Positions 16,923 to 28,433 of a DNA stretch of 64,000 bases are shown here, in pieces (the stretch's first letter is position 1; every line of letters begins with the position of its first letter). The stretch is from NCBI GenBank assembly GCA_017475605.1, contig JAFVFD010000002.1, forward strand, positions 11,769-75,768. The letters run 5' to 3'. Below the pieces are notes generated by a model. The model was not told the origin of the DNA and did not search any database. It saw nothing but the letters and a program-made list of their open reading frames with translations. This DNA is from Alphaproteobacteria bacterium. Lineage in GTDB: Bacteria; Pseudomonadota; Alphaproteobacteria; Rs-D84. Made by a program: the position numbers and the translations under genes.

Positions 16923-18389
16923 TTACTTTATTTTTCGGTCAATCACATATGCCGCGGGCAGGTATATAATCGCATATCCGCCAATCGCGACACCCAACAT
17001 CCAAATAGATGTAATCGGAATCATCATCAGACCAACACCCAAGACCGCGGACAACACCGCAAAAGCAATAACTGCGCGAATTGTACGACCGTCTGTACTC
17101 CACAAACCACGTTTGCGACACGCGCGCCCCAACAAATAGTTTTTAAGATAACCACTTGCCACGACCCCAACTGGAATTGCCAAATATCCGATAAAGTGGA
17201 ACAGTCCCAAATAGATAGCCGATGCGGCACCCAATGAAATCATGCTGGTTCGCACAGGTGTTTTAACATCTTGGGTTGCGTAAAGTGTTTTACTGTAAAT
17301 CTGGCTGACCAACATAGCGGGCAAAACGAAAATCTGAATCATAATGGCAACGGCAACCGCATGTGTTGATTCCGCCGTCCACGCGCCATGTTGGAACAAA
17401 TATTTAATAATCGGTTCCGCCAACACGAAAAGCCCCACCAAACATGGCAAAATTAACATCAGCCCGCGGCGCATAGACGAATTTTGTTGGATATGAACAC
17501 TGCGCATATTATTGTCGGCCAACGCATTTGATATAGACGACATTAACACCGTTCCAACCGCCAGGCCAATCATCGCAAAAGGCAACTGAACAATGCGGTC
17601 CGCATAATAAAGCCACGATACCGCGCCACTTTGGAAACTGGCAACCAATGTCCCAAGGATAATCGTGATTTGATAAAAGCCGCTGCCCACGATGCTTATA
17701 CCGAAACGACCAAACATACTTTTAATTTGTTTGTTCCATTTTGGTATAACAAGGCGCAGACCGAAATGTTTTTGTCGAACGCGCATCCATAAAATACCAA
17801 ATTGAATAATTCCGGACAAGACGACCGTTGCCGCCATTATGAATAACGCGTTTGTCCCGGCCCCCAAAAACATTGCCAGTAATAACGCGCAAATTAACAT
17901 AATGTTTAACATTACAGGCATAAACGCAGCCAGCAAGAATCGCGAAAACGCGTTTAACACCGCGGATAAAAATGCCGCGCCACACACGAATATCACATAG
18001 ACGAACATAATACGCGAAATAATGACGGTTAATTCCATTTTGCCTGGGTCCGCATCAAACCCAGGGGCCAGCATCCAAATAACCAACGGCATAAATATCT
18101 CAAATACTATCGTTATGCCCAGCAACACAACCATCAGCCACGAAAACACATTTTTCGCAAAGTTTTCGTCCTTTTTTGAATCGGTGTACATTGGAATAAA
18201 GATAGCAGACAGGGCACCTTCGCCCAAAAGGTCGCGGAAAAGATTTGGCAACTTAAACGCAGCCAAGAAAATGTCGGACAGCCGACCCGCACCCAATACG
18301 CGCGCAATCAACATATCGCGCACAAAGCCGAAAATGCGGCTAATGCCAGTCATGGCACCAACCCCGAAAATATGTTTGCCTAGTTTCAT
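16923..18389 (-). CDS. murJ: Lipid II flippase MurJ (MviN)
   Basis: 488 aa and polytopic. The N-terminus GISRIFGFVRDMLIARVLGAG is typical of MurJ. Confidence 0.9.
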   Translation of the reverse strand: MKLGKHIFGVGAMTGISRIFGFVRDMLIARVLGAGRLSDIFLAAFKLPNLFRDLLGEGALSAIFIPMYTDSKKDENFAKNVFSWLMVVLLGITIVFEIFMPLVIWMLAPGFDADPGKMELTVIISRIMFVYVIFVCGAAFLSAVLNAFSRFLLAAFMPVMLNIMLICALLLAMFLGAGTNALFIMAATVVLSGIIQFGILWMRVRQKHFGLRLVIPKWNKQIKSMFGRFGISIVGSGFYQITIILGTLVASFQSGAVSWLYYADRIVQLPFAMIGLAVGTVLMSSISNALADNNMRSVHIQQNSSMRRGLMLILPCLVGLFVLAEPIIKYLFQHGAWTAESTHAVAVAIMIQIFVLPAMLVSQIYSKTLYATQDVKTPVRTSMISLGAASAIYLGLFHFIGYLAIPVGVVASGYLKNYLLGRACRKRGLWSTDGRTIRAVIAFAVLSAVLGVGLMMIPITSIWMLGVAIGGYAIIYLPAAYVIDRKIK

Positions 18390-18443
18390 AAGTTTTATTA
18401 TACTAACCTTCGAGACATAAAATCAAGACAGGAATAAAACGAA

Positions 18444-19166
18444 ATGAAAAGATTAATTTTTATGGTTTGTGCGCTGGGGATTCTGGCTGGATGTAATGGT
18501 TCATCGGTCAAGATTACGCCGGAACAACCATTAAACGACATTTATGACGAAGCCTATGCCCAGTTTAATAAAAAGCATTATGATACCGCTGCGGAAAAGT
18601 TTTTGTTGGTGGAAACCCAATACCCGACCAGTCCGTACGCGGCGGATGCGTTGATTATGGCGGCATATTCACACTATATGGACGATGATTTTGCCGGTGC
18701 GTTGTTGGTTGCCGATCGCTTTATGCGTTTTCACCCCGGGCATTCGGATGTACCATATATGTTATACCTGCGCGGAATGTGCTATTATCGCCAGGTAAGC
18801 GATGTGCGTCGTGAACCGGGCATGTCCGTTTACGCATTACAGCAATTTCAGCAATTGGTTGAACGTTTCCCAAACACCGAATATGCCAAGAATGCGAAAA
18901 ATAAAATTACAATCTTGAAAAACTATATTGCGGGCAAAATAATGTATGCCGCGCGCAACGATATGGCGGCGCAAAATTGGCCGTCCGCAATTACGCGTTT
19001 TCAATCGGTTGTGTCCGATGCCCAGGAAACCGTCATGACGGCCGAGGCTTTATACAGATTGACCGAATGTTATACCGCGATTGGTTTGCCGGAACAGGCC
19101 GCTGGATATGCGGAAATGTTGCGTAAAAACTTTCCAGATAACGAATGGACAAAAAAATTGAAATAA
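18444..19166 (+). CDS. bamD: Outer membrane protein assembly factor BamD (YfiO), TPR lipoprotein
   Basis: Lipobox LAGC. TPR-like repeats. The N-terminal region is BamD-like. Confidence 0.85.
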   Translation: MKRLIFMVCALGILAGCNGSSVKITPEQPLNDIYDEAYAQFNKKHYDTAAEKFLLVETQYPTSPYAADALIMAAYSHYMDDDFAGALLVADRFMRFHPGHSDVPYMLYLRGMCYYRQVSDVRREPGMSVYALQQFQQLVERFPNTEYAKNAKNKITILKNYIAGKIMYAARNDMAAQNWPSAITRFQSVVSDAQETVMTAEALYRLTECYTAIGLPEQAAGYAEMLRKNFPDNEWTKKLK

Positions 19167-19196
19167 AAAATCGCCCAAATGGGCGGTTTTATTTTT
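19165..19196. terminator. Bidirectional terminator (bamD on +, deaminase gene on -)
   Basis: aaaaaaTCGCCCaaatGGGCGGttttattttt. Confidence 0.8.
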
Positions 19197-19716
19197 GCTT
19201 TTCCATTAACGGTTTGAACTTTGCCACGATATTTGTGTTAACAAGTTCGCGTTTTAATTCGGCTGTTTTTACACCGGCTTCGCGGAACATTTCAAACGAA
19301 TTAACGACTGTATCGCGCCAATTTGCCGTTTGTGGTTTGGCGGCATCTATTTCAGGGGTCAAGAAATAAACCTGTTTTATCCCCGATTGAATAATTGCGC
19401 GTGCGCAATCGGCGCATGGTGGCATTGTTACATATAATGTGCACCCACGCAGCGATGCCCCGAACGAGCATGCGTTGTAAATAGCGTTGCGTTCGGCATG
19501 TTCATAGAACGCGTATTTTGTTGGGCGCAATTGGCGATATTCCACATCGTCATTTACACCACGCGGAAAACCATTGTATCCCTGGGAACGAATTTCTTTG
19601 TCTGGACCAACGACGATACAGCCCACCTTGGTGCTGGGGTCTTTGGACCACGTGGAAATGTGAAGTGCCAATTCCATAAAACGATAGTTCCATTTTTCCG
19701 AAAAGTTTTCAGTCAT
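19189..19716 (-). CDS. dCMP/deoxycytidylate deaminase (CMP/dCMP deaminase zinc-binding family)
   Basis: HAERNAI...PCADCA zinc motifs. Confidence 0.85.
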   Translation of the reverse strand: MTENFSEKWNYRFMELALHISTWSKDPSTKVGCIVVGPDKEIRSQGYNGFPRGVNDDVEYRQLRPTKYAFYEHAERNAIYNACSFGASLRGCTLYVTMPPCADCARAIIQSGIKQVYFLTPEIDAAKPQTANWRDTVVNSFEMFREAGVKTAELKRELVNTNIVAKFKPLMEKQK

Positions 19717-19819
19717 ACTGGTACCTTTTGTCTGTATTTATTTGTACAGAATATTATATTTGTACAAATTTTCAAGGTTTTTTGTTGCCTTTCCCAAATG
19801 GTGTGCTAACCTTTTTGGT

Positions 19820-20710
19820 ATGAACAAGACATATTCGGGTTTTATTGCGATAATTGGGCCGACAAATGCCGGCAAAAGTACTTTGCTTAACCAAATTATG
19901 GGGCGCAAAGTATCTATTGTTTCGCACAAGGTTCAAACAACGCGTACGCGCCTGCGGGCCGTTAAAATGGTGGGCGACAAACAATTGATATTTGTTGATA
20001 CCCCCGGTGTTTTCAAGCCAAAACGCAGACTTGATCGGGCCATGGTCGGCGCGGCGATGGATGCGATATCTGATGCCGATGCGGTGTTGTTGGTTGTTGA
20101 TGCAACGCATGGAATAACGGATACAATTCGCGATTTGGTTTCGCGTGTGCGCGAACACAAAAACCTTTTTGTCGCATTGAACAAGGTTGATGCGATTGCA
20201 AAACTGGACCTTTTGCCGATTGTTGATGAATTATCAAAAATGGCTGATTTTCGGGAAATCTTTATGATTTCGGCATTGAAGAACGATGGTGTTAATCAGA
20301 TGTTGTCTGCGTTGGCATCTGTTATGCCGGAATCGCCATATTTGTTTGATGCGCATGACGCAACCGATGTGCCAGATTTGCTGTATTTATCGGAATTGAC
20401 CCGCGAAAAGATTTATAAATATGTACATGCCGAATTGCCGTACCATATCAATGTGGTAACAGAACGGGTTGAAACGGCGGACGATGGTGTCTTGGAAATA
20501 TATCAAAAGATTGCCGTTCAAAACGAGGCACATAAAAAGATTGTTATTGGTCGGGGTGGGGCGCAATTAAAACAAATTGGTACCGCCGCGCGACATGATA
20601 TCCAGGACCAATGGGGTGTTAATGCGCGCCTGCATTTATTTGTGCGCGTGGAACCAAATTGGGAAGAAACCGCCGAAAACTACGCGGACCAGGGATTAGA
20701 GTTTAAATAA
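19820..20710 (+). CDS. era: GTPase Era
   Basis: G1 motif GPTNAGKSTLLN, G-domain motifs DTPG/NKVD, and a C-terminal KH domain. The start is taken at MNKTYSGFIAIIG, internal to ORF 19742..20710. Confidence 0.92.
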   Translation: MNKTYSGFIAIIGPTNAGKSTLLNQIMGRKVSIVSHKVQTTRTRLRAVKMVGDKQLIFVDTPGVFKPKRRLDRAMVGAAMDAISDADAVLLVVDATHGITDTIRDLVSRVREHKNLFVALNKVDAIAKLDLLPIVDELSKMADFREIFMISALKNDGVNQMLSALASVMPESPYLFDAHDATDVPDLLYLSELTREKIYKYVHAELPYHINVVTERVETADDGVLEIYQKIAVQNEAHKKIVIGRGGAQLKQIGTAARHDIQDQWGVNARLHLFVRVEPNWEETAENYADQGLEFK

Positions 20711-20721
20711 GCAGGATTAAA

Positions 20722-21117
20722 ATGAAAACGGAAACATTGACTAAATTGGCAATTGCATCGGTGCTTTGTGCGCCATCATGTGCGACCGAACGCGGTGTCG
20801 TTATTGACCGCCAAGATTTGCCTGACGAACGGGCTTTATATGTAAATCTTATACGAAAAAACAAAGCAAAACAAAAACCGCTTGCTGTACAACCGGATGG
20901 TATGTATGAAGCGGACCGCAAATTATTCTTTATGGATTCTACATATCAGGAACCGTTTTTGTATGTGTTACCGGGCGATACCGTATATATAAATAACCCA
21001 TTGAAAAAAACATATTTGGAAATGGGACGCGGTAAAAAACACATTATTCGTATCAACGGTGTACGTGAAAAACAAATCGTAAAAACGGTTCGTTTGTGGA
21101 AAGATAAGCAAAAATAA
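20722..21117 (+). CDS. Hypothetical protein (possible lipoprotein), translationally coupled to queA
   Basis: 131 aa with no recognised motifs. Its stop overlaps the queA start (TAATG). Confidence 0.4.
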   Translation: MKTETLTKLAIASVLCAPSCATERGVVIDRQDLPDERALYVNLIRKNKAKQKPLAVQPDGMYEADRKLFFMDSTYQEPFLYVLPGDTVYINNPLKKTYLEMGRGKKHIIRINGVREKQIVKTVRLWKDKQK

Positions 21118-22166
21118 TGTTACACACATCTGATTTCGATTTTGATTTACCGGCCGAACTTATTGCGTCGCACCCATTGGCACAACGCGATGCGTCGCGT
21201 ATGTTGGTTGTTAATGGCAATAATGTCGCCGATAAACACATTCGTGATTTCCTGGACTTTTTACAGCCCGGCGATGTTGTCGTTTTTAATAATTCGCGGG
21301 TTATTCCGGCGCGATTTGATGCGGTTGACAAAGATGGTAATTCACACGAAATCACATTACACACCGCAACAGATGATTCAAAAACATGGTGGGGGTTGTG
21401 TAAGAAATTCAATAAAATTGCAATTGGCGAACGATTGACTATTGTGGACGGTACGGAAATAGAAATCGTTGCCCATGATGACGAAAGTGGACTTAAAATA
21501 AGATTCCATTGTGATAATGTTTTTGATGTGTTAAATGCGGTTGGTAAAATGCCGTTGCCACCATATATGAAACGCGAAGAAGAAGAAGCGGACCGCGAAC
21601 GGTACCAAACTGTCTATGCCGACCCAATTGGGTCAATGGCGGCACCAACGGCGGGACTGCATTTCACAGATGAATTGATGCGCGAAATTGAAACGCGTGG
21701 TGCGACAATTGTGAAGGTAACATTACATGTTGGTGCGGGAACGTGGATGCCGGTAAAAACCGAAAATATTTCAGAACACAAAATGCATTCTGAATGGTGC
21801 CAAATTACCCCCGAACAAGCCGACATAATCAACAACGCAAAACGCGTTATTGCGGTTGGTACAACATCAATGCGCACATTGGAAAGTGCGGCAATTGATA
21901 ACCGTAAATTGCCGGCGGACAAGCAGAATAAAAGAATTGTACCAATTTGTCGTGCGACGGATATTTTTATTACACCGGGTTATCGTTTTGGGGCGGTTGA
22001 TGTGTTGCTTACCAACTTTCATTTGCCGAAAAGCACACTGTTTATGTTGGTATCTGCGTTTGCTGGGTTGGACGAAATGAAGGCGGCATATGCCCACGCG
22101 GTTGCCGAAAAATATCGTTTCTTTTCATATGGCGATTGCTGTTTGTTGTTCAAAAAGGAATCATAA
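21117..22166 (+). CDS. queA: S-adenosylmethionine:tRNA ribosyltransferase-isomerase QueA
   Basis: N-terminus FDFDLPAELIASHP is typical of QueA. Sits directly upstream of tgt. Confidence 0.92.
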   Translation: MLHTSDFDFDLPAELIASHPLAQRDASRMLVVNGNNVADKHIRDFLDFLQPGDVVVFNNSRVIPARFDAVDKDGNSHEITLHTATDDSKTWWGLCKKFNKIAIGERLTIVDGTEIEIVAHDDESGLKIRFHCDNVFDVLNAVGKMPLPPYMKREEEEADRERYQTVYADPIGSMAAPTAGLHFTDELMREIETRGATIVKVTLHVGAGTWMPVKTENISEHKMHSEWCQITPEQADIINNAKRVIAVGTTSMRTLESAAIDNRKLPADKQNKRIVPICRATDIFITPGYRFGAVDVLLTNFHLPKSTLFMLVSAFAGLDEMKAAYAHAVAEKYRFFSYGDCCLLFKKES

Positions 22167-23279
<1,113 letters not shown>

Positions 23280-23280
23280 T

Positions 23281-23637
23281 ATGCCCGATAAAAAACCAGA
23301 AAACATTGATATGAATAAAATGCCCGCGTTGACAATGAATATAAATGATAAACTGTTTTTCGCATTGGCGCGTCGTGATACCGACACTTTGTCGTATGTA
23401 TATTCACTGGTAATAAATCGAGAACAAGGCAGTTATCCCGCCGAAATGAAAACAGAAATATCCGCGTTCAAGGATACAGCCAGCGCAAATTTATATTATG
23501 AAACCGCAACACTTGTTATGGAACAGCAACAAAGCGGTATATTAAATAAAATACATGAATTATTCCGCGGAATGTTTGAATCACAAATAACTGCATTTAA
23601 CAAAAGTGCGTCAGGTTTTAAAACACGCACAAAGTAA
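23281..23637 (+). CDS. Hypothetical protein
   Basis: 118 aa with no recognisable motifs. Coupled to the tgt stop. Confidence 0.4.
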   Translation: MPDKKPENIDMNKMPALTMNINDKLFFALARRDTDTLSYVYSLVINREQGSYPAEMKTEISAFKDTASANLYYETATLVMEQQQSGILNKIHELFRGMFESQITAFNKSASGFKTRTK

Positions 23638-23682
23638 TTATAAAAAACACATCATAAGAATTAAACATAAAAGAGAAGCAAA

Positions 23683-24036
23683 ATGACACAATATAAACAA
23701 GTAACCAAATACGTAATTGATCGTAAAATAAATATCAATATAGACCCCAAATGGAAAGAAATATATCTTGGGGTTGCGGAACCGATACGGTATAAACAAG
23801 AATATCGTGTTTTGACATATTATATTCCGGTAACGGATAAATCTGACGACTCGTTCTTTTATATCCCCAAGGTTTCTGGTGCCAGATTTTCAACCAAAAA
23901 TGCTGCGATGAAATACTATAACGAAAAACAGTCATTAAAGGCAATGCAGTGGAAAATCAACACTGACGAGAAAAACAACACACCGTTTGATTTTATGGAC
24001 AAACAAATAGCAAATTTTTATTCCTTTGCGCGGTGA
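23683..24036 (+). CDS. Hypothetical protein
   Basis: 117 aa with no recognisable motifs. Confidence 0.4.
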   Translation: MTQYKQVTKYVIDRKININIDPKWKEIYLGVAEPIRYKQEYRVLTYYIPVTDKSDDSFFYIPKVSGARFSTKNAAMKYYNEKQSLKAMQWKINTDEKNNTPFDFMDKQIANFYSFAR

Positions 24037-24104
24037 TATGAATTATCGCTTGCATGAAAGCAATAAAATAATTATCTTTCATAAATATAAACAAGGGGGA
24101 CCAG

Positions 24105-25079
24105 ATGGCCAAAAAGAAAGAAGTTGAAGTAATTGATATGGGTGGCGCAAAAACCGTTGCTAAAAAGAAATCTTTTATTACACGTGTAAATGTTATATTT
24201 GCGATTTTTTCGGTCGTATGGTTGGCATTTGTTGTGTGGTATCCATTACACATTCGCGATAAATACGCATCTTCAATAAAGCAATCGACAGTAGTTGCGA
24301 TTTTCTATGATTTACAACGTAATATTGCGGATCAATATGAAAAAATGTTGTTGGGAATTAAAAAGTCTATCAATCTGGAAAAGCCAATAGCACAGGTTAT
24401 AGACAAGGTTAAAATGGCCGAAGGTGCGATTAACAAAGTAACCGATACAACTGCGCGCGCGACCGAGGCAACCAATAAAGCCAAGGACACAACGTCCGGG
24501 GTTCGTGCTTTAAGTGGTATCGCGGGCAAATTTGGTGTCAACACATCTGGGGTTGATAAAGCAGTTGGCAAGGTTGATAACACAATTAACAAGGCGGACA
24601 AGGCAATAGCAAAGGTTGACGATACCGCCGCATTGGTAAACCAGAAATTAACAAGTGTTGAAAATGAATTGACCAAGGTTGCAAAAACCGAAGTGGACAA
24701 GGTTATTGATGATGCAATCAAAAATAACATAGATCCTGCGGCTGCAATGTTATTAACACAATACGATATCAAACATGTATATCCATGGGACCCATCGTCG
24801 TGGCCGACCGCACGCAAGATTTATGCGGAATTGGTAAAATCTGACCTGGGGTTTGTACAAACTATTATCAAAACAGTGAACAAGTATTTCGGATATGTAA
24901 TGTGGGGTTATTTGATTTTGATGTGGGGTGTTGGCCTTTATATCTGGTTGACCGTCCGCAAGTATGTCAAGGGATTGACCGCGCCATTCTTGGTCTGTCC
25001 ACGATGCGGACACACATATGCCGACAAGCGTACAGCGGTAAGTTTGCTGAAAGTTGTACAACCATGGAAATGGTTTTAA
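24105..25079 (+). CDS. Hypothetical membrane protein with a coiled-coil/repetitive central region and a C-terminal TM helix plus zinc-ribbon (CPRCGH)
   Basis: N-terminal TM segment. The central region has an Ala/Lys/Thr-rich heptad-like repeat (KVDNTINKADKAIAKVDDTAAL). C-terminal CPRCGHTYADK. Confidence 0.5.
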   Translation: MAKKKEVEVIDMGGAKTVAKKKSFITRVNVIFAIFSVVWLAFVVWYPLHIRDKYASSIKQSTVVAIFYDLQRNIADQYEKMLLGIKKSINLEKPIAQVIDKVKMAEGAINKVTDTTARATEATNKAKDTTSGVRALSGIAGKFGVNTSGVDKAVGKVDNTINKADKAIAKVDDTAALVNQKLTSVENELTKVAKTEVDKVIDDAIKNNIDPAAAMLLTQYDIKHVYPWDPSSWPTARKIYAELVKSDLGFVQTIIKTVNKYFGYVMWGYLILMWGVGLYIWLTVRKYVKGLTAPFLVCPRCGHTYADKRTAVSLLKVVQPWKWF

Positions 25080-25130
25080 CGATAAACAAGAACCGCCATT
25101 GTGGCGGCTCTTTCTTTGAAAAAACAGGAA

Positions 25131-25283
25131 TCAAAAAACCACCTAAACAGGTGGTTTTTAAAATTTTGGTGCGAGCAAAGTACTTCGGCAATTTCATTGC
25201 CTTGCCTCGCAACTCGCCCCTTTGCCGACAAAATCAAAAAACCACCCAAACAGGTGGTTTTTAAAATTTTGGTGCGAGCAAAG
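25131..25283. repeat. Two direct copies (~47 nt each, ~105 nt apart) of the tRNA-Gly 3' end plus its terminator hairpin. The segment between them carries an inverted fragment of the same tRNA
   Basis: AAAAACCACC[T/C]AAACAGGTGGTTTTTAAAATTTTGGTGCGAGCAAAG occurs at 25131..25180 and again at 25237..25283. GCCCCTTTGC in the intervening segment at 25214..25223 is in the sense orientation of the minus-strand tRNA, so it is inverted relative to the gene. Confidence 0.8.
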
Positions 25284-25346
25284 GGGCTCGAACCCTCGAC
25301 CTCAACCTTGGCAAGGTTGCGCTCTAGCCAACTGAGCTACGCTCGC
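25270..25346 (-). tRNA. tRNA-Gly (anticodon GCC)
   Basis: Reverse complement: GCGAGCG-TA-GCTC-AGTTGGCTA-GAGC-G-CAACC-TTGCCAA-GGTTG-AGGTC-GAGGG-TTCGAGC-CCCTT-TGCTCGC-A-CCA. This is a perfect cloverleaf with CCA encoded. Confidence 0.88.
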
Positions 25347-25486
25347 ACTGCGTGGGGTATTCTGACATAACTTTTTTATGATTGCAAGTATTTTTTATGC
25401 GATATACGTAAAAAATACTTGATAGAGATTGTAATTTTTTTGTACGATTTTGTTGAAGTATTTATGGAAAGGGGGATAATCTGGTC

Positions 25487-28345
25487 TTGAAACGCATGGT
25501 TTTAGGGCTTTTTGCGTGTTTGTTTGGTGTGTTCGTCGTGAACGTGGCGATGGCTGCGTGTACAGAAAATGAAATTGATGTAACCGGTACCGGCAGTCAA
25601 TGTGAAACAGTAAAATTTACCCTGACAACAACGGAATTGGCGGCAAACGGATCATTAAATATATGGATGTCTGCCAAGGGAACATTCTATATTGATTGTG
25701 GGAAAAATGGTACGTTGTCTGGTGCCGGAACATCTGGTAAAACGCTTACAAAAACAACCAATTTGGTTTCAGAAGTGCAATGTAAATGGTCGTCCGCCGG
25801 TGTACACACGATTCGATTTGGTGGAACCGCGACGGAATATGCCAGTGTTGGTCTTGATGCATCTTCAACCAATGCGGCGATACAATTTGGTACCAGCACA
25901 AATCAGTCAAAAATAGCATCTGTGTCAGGTTCGTTGGGCGCAATGTTCCCGCAATTGGGATCGGCATCGAACCAAGTTCCAAGTTTTGCATCATTATTTG
26001 ATGGGGCCAGCAATTTAACATCTATACCATCGACATTGTTCAGTGGTTTAACCGGCAGTGCCAACGCAAGGTATATGTTTCATGAAACTTTTTCTGGTTG
26101 TACCAGTTTAACATCAATACCGGCGGGATTGTTTGCGGATATTACCACACCTGCCGAGCATATGTTTAATAAAACGTTTAATGGGGATACTAATTTATCT
26201 GGCTTTATACCATGGACTACATTTTCTGGATTGGTTGCAAATAACAGTCCAACCGTTTCAAATATGTGGGTTAATACATTCCAGGGCACCAATTTGGCTA
26301 CGGCTTGTCCAACGGGGTCAACCCAATATACAACCCAATACGAATCCAGTTGGAACAGCAAAATTTCATGTATTTGTGCCGGCGCATACTTTTTTGATGA
26401 TGCGCTGAACACATGCACCCCATGTCCAAATGGCTATGATTATGATACAACCAACGGCAAAACGGATGTAAGCCAGTGCCAAATACAGTGCGCAGCAGGA
26501 ACATATGTCGAAACCCCTGGTGTATATGGTTTTACAGTTCTGGAATATTTGGAAAGCCCCGGTGATGCGTACATTGATACGGGGTTCGTGCACAATTCAG
26601 ACAATATTCGGGGCGAAATTCGTGTTGGGGTATCTGAAAATATCGCGTCAAGCAAGAATTTTAATATAATTGGAAACCAAACAGCCAATGAGGGATATTC
26701 TGTGGGGTGGGCAGACAATCAGTTTAAAGTATGGGTTGTTACCACAGGTCAACGCTTAAGAGGTCCCGATCATCCATTGGTGGCAAATGGCGTGTATGAT
26801 ATTGCGTATGAATTTAAAAATGGTCGGCAATACCTGACAGATGGCAGTGATACAAGAGACATGGCACACGATGGTGGAATTGTGACAGACAAGCCTATAC
26901 ACTTGTTCGATAACGGTGTCCAAGAAATGTCTTATAATTTCAAGGGGCGTGTGTATTGGATACGGTTATATGAAAACAATGTGTTGGTGCATAATTTCCT
27001 GCCGGTGCGTCAAGATGGTACAGATCTGATAGGTATATTTGATACAGTAACAGGAAGCTTCTTTACCAACAGTAATGCCAATAGTCAAAGTGGATTTACA
27101 TATGGTGGCGATTTAAGCAACACATGTGTTGATTCTGGGCGTGGGTATTATGTTGGGCAATCTATAACCAATTTTGGTGATGTCGGCGAACGGATCCCGT
27201 GTCCGATTGGTAAGTATTCCAATAGTCTGCGAGGCACCAGTATCGCATCGTGCCAGAACTGTCAGGGCGCAACATACAACGATGTTACGGGTGCCGCCGA
27301 ATGTGCCGCATGTCCGGCCGGATATACCGATAATATAGACCCAGGTAAAATATCAAAAACACAATGCGAAACCACATGTCCAGGCGGAACGTATATGAGG
27401 TCTGATATGATTAATGGACATACAAAGTTAGAATATATTGTAGCGGAAGGCAAACAATGGATAAATACTAATATTAATGCATCATCATTGGTAAATCCAA
27501 TTATGAAATTGACAACGCAATATACCGCTGTTGAAAAAGGAAAACAAACCGGTGCGAAGAAAAACAATCTTGATTTCAAGGTGGGTATTTCTAATGGCAA
27601 TGTGTTCTTGTGCCAGGCCGGTGGGGCAAATACAGAAACAAAATTTGGTGCCGCTGACACCGCAAAACATACGTTTATATTGGATGCGGGTGCGGGAAAA
27701 TGTTCCCTGGACGACGAAATCAAAGACTTGGCTGTTGGCAATTTAACCGATGGACCCATTTCTATCGGGACGGTGAATAATCAATCTGGCAATGCTGGAA
27801 AACAAAAAATCTTTGCTTTTACTTTGATAAGCAACGGCGTAAAGTTACTGGACTTGATTCCAGTGCTTGATGCAAATGGCGTTGCAGGAATGTATGATGA
27901 GGCCCACGATCGATTTTACGCCAGTGCCGGATCCCAGCCGTTTGTTCAAGGGCCGCGATCAAATTCTAGTGGTTGTATTGATGTTGAACCGGGATATTGG
28001 GCGCCAGAAACTGTGTTAGGATATGGGGAAACAAGCGATCGTAATGAATGTCCGCTGGGAACAACAACGGTTGGATATGGCCATGGCGCAGACGAGGCAT
28101 CTGACTGTGGGCGTGTGTTATATATTGCCAATGGAAAGTTTTATGCGAAAACAATAAAGCCAACAACACCGGCACTAAACCTTATGACCAATGGGGGCGG
28201 TATATTTTACATCTGGGCCAGCCCAACAGACCATACATTATCCAACTTGCACCTGGGATCAATGGAAAATCAATATACGGTATATGATGACAGTTTGTTC
28301 TATGGTGAACGCGATTTTACGACGGACAATCGTATAAACAATTAA
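25487..28345 (+). CDS. Secreted cysteine-rich repeat protein (952 aa), member of the Cys-rich surface protein family
   Basis: Signal peptide LFACLFGVFVVNVAMA. Leucine-rich-repeat-like segment FSGLTGSANARYMF..FSGCTSLTSIPAGLF. Ephrin-receptor-like CxxCP.G.Y modules (CTPCPNGYDY, CQNCQGATYNDVTGAAECAACPAGY). The start may be TTG at 25487 or ATG at 25496. Confidence 0.7.
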   Translation: MKRMVLGLFACLFGVFVVNVAMAACTENEIDVTGTGSQCETVKFTLTTTELAANGSLNIWMSAKGTFYIDCGKNGTLSGAGTSGKTLTKTTNLVSEVQCKWSSAGVHTIRFGGTATEYASVGLDASSTNAAIQFGTSTNQSKIASVSGSLGAMFPQLGSASNQVPSFASLFDGASNLTSIPSTLFSGLTGSANARYMFHETFSGCTSLTSIPAGLFADITTPAEHMFNKTFNGDTNLSGFIPWTTFSGLVANNSPTVSNMWVNTFQGTNLATACPTGSTQYTTQYESSWNSKISCICAGAYFFDDALNTCTPCPNGYDYDTTNGKTDVSQCQIQCAAGTYVETPGVYGFTVLEYLESPGDAYIDTGFVHNSDNIRGEIRVGVSENIASSKNFNIIGNQTANEGYSVGWADNQFKVWVVTTGQRLRGPDHPLVANGVYDIAYEFKNGRQYLTDGSDTRDMAHDGGIVTDKPIHLFDNGVQEMSYNFKGRVYWIRLYENNVLVHNFLPVRQDGTDLIGIFDTVTGSFFTNSNANSQSGFTYGGDLSNTCVDSGRGYYVGQSITNFGDVGERIPCPIGKYSNSLRGTSIASCQNCQGATYNDVTGAAECAACPAGYTDNIDPGKISKTQCETTCPGGTYMRSDMINGHTKLEYIVAEGKQWINTNINASSLVNPIMKLTTQYTAVEKGKQTGAKKNNLDFKVGISNGNVFLCQAGGANTETKFGAADTAKHTFILDAGAGKCSLDDEIKDLAVGNLTDGPISIGTVNNQSGNAGKQKIFAFTLISNGVKLLDLIPVLDANGVAGMYDEAHDRFYASAGSQPFVQGPRSNSSGCIDVEPGYWAPETVLGYGETSDRNECPLGTTTVGYGHGADEASDCGRVLYIANGKFYAKTIKPTTPALNLMTNGGGIFYIWASPTDHTLSNLHLGSMENQYTVYDDSLFYGERDFTTDNRINN

Positions 28346-28369
28346 ATGATGGCACCTGTCAATTATTTC

Positions 28370-28398
28370 TTTACATTCCGATAATTTTCGTTAATAAT
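28370..28398 (+). promoter_or_regulatory. Candidate sigma-70 promoter for the lysS leader
   Basis: TTTACA, then a 17-nt spacer, then AATAAT. Lies ~35 nt upstream of the leader ORF. Confidence 0.35.
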
Positions 28399-28433
28399 CG
28401 GGACTGTGAAACACCAAAAGGCGATAAATAATT

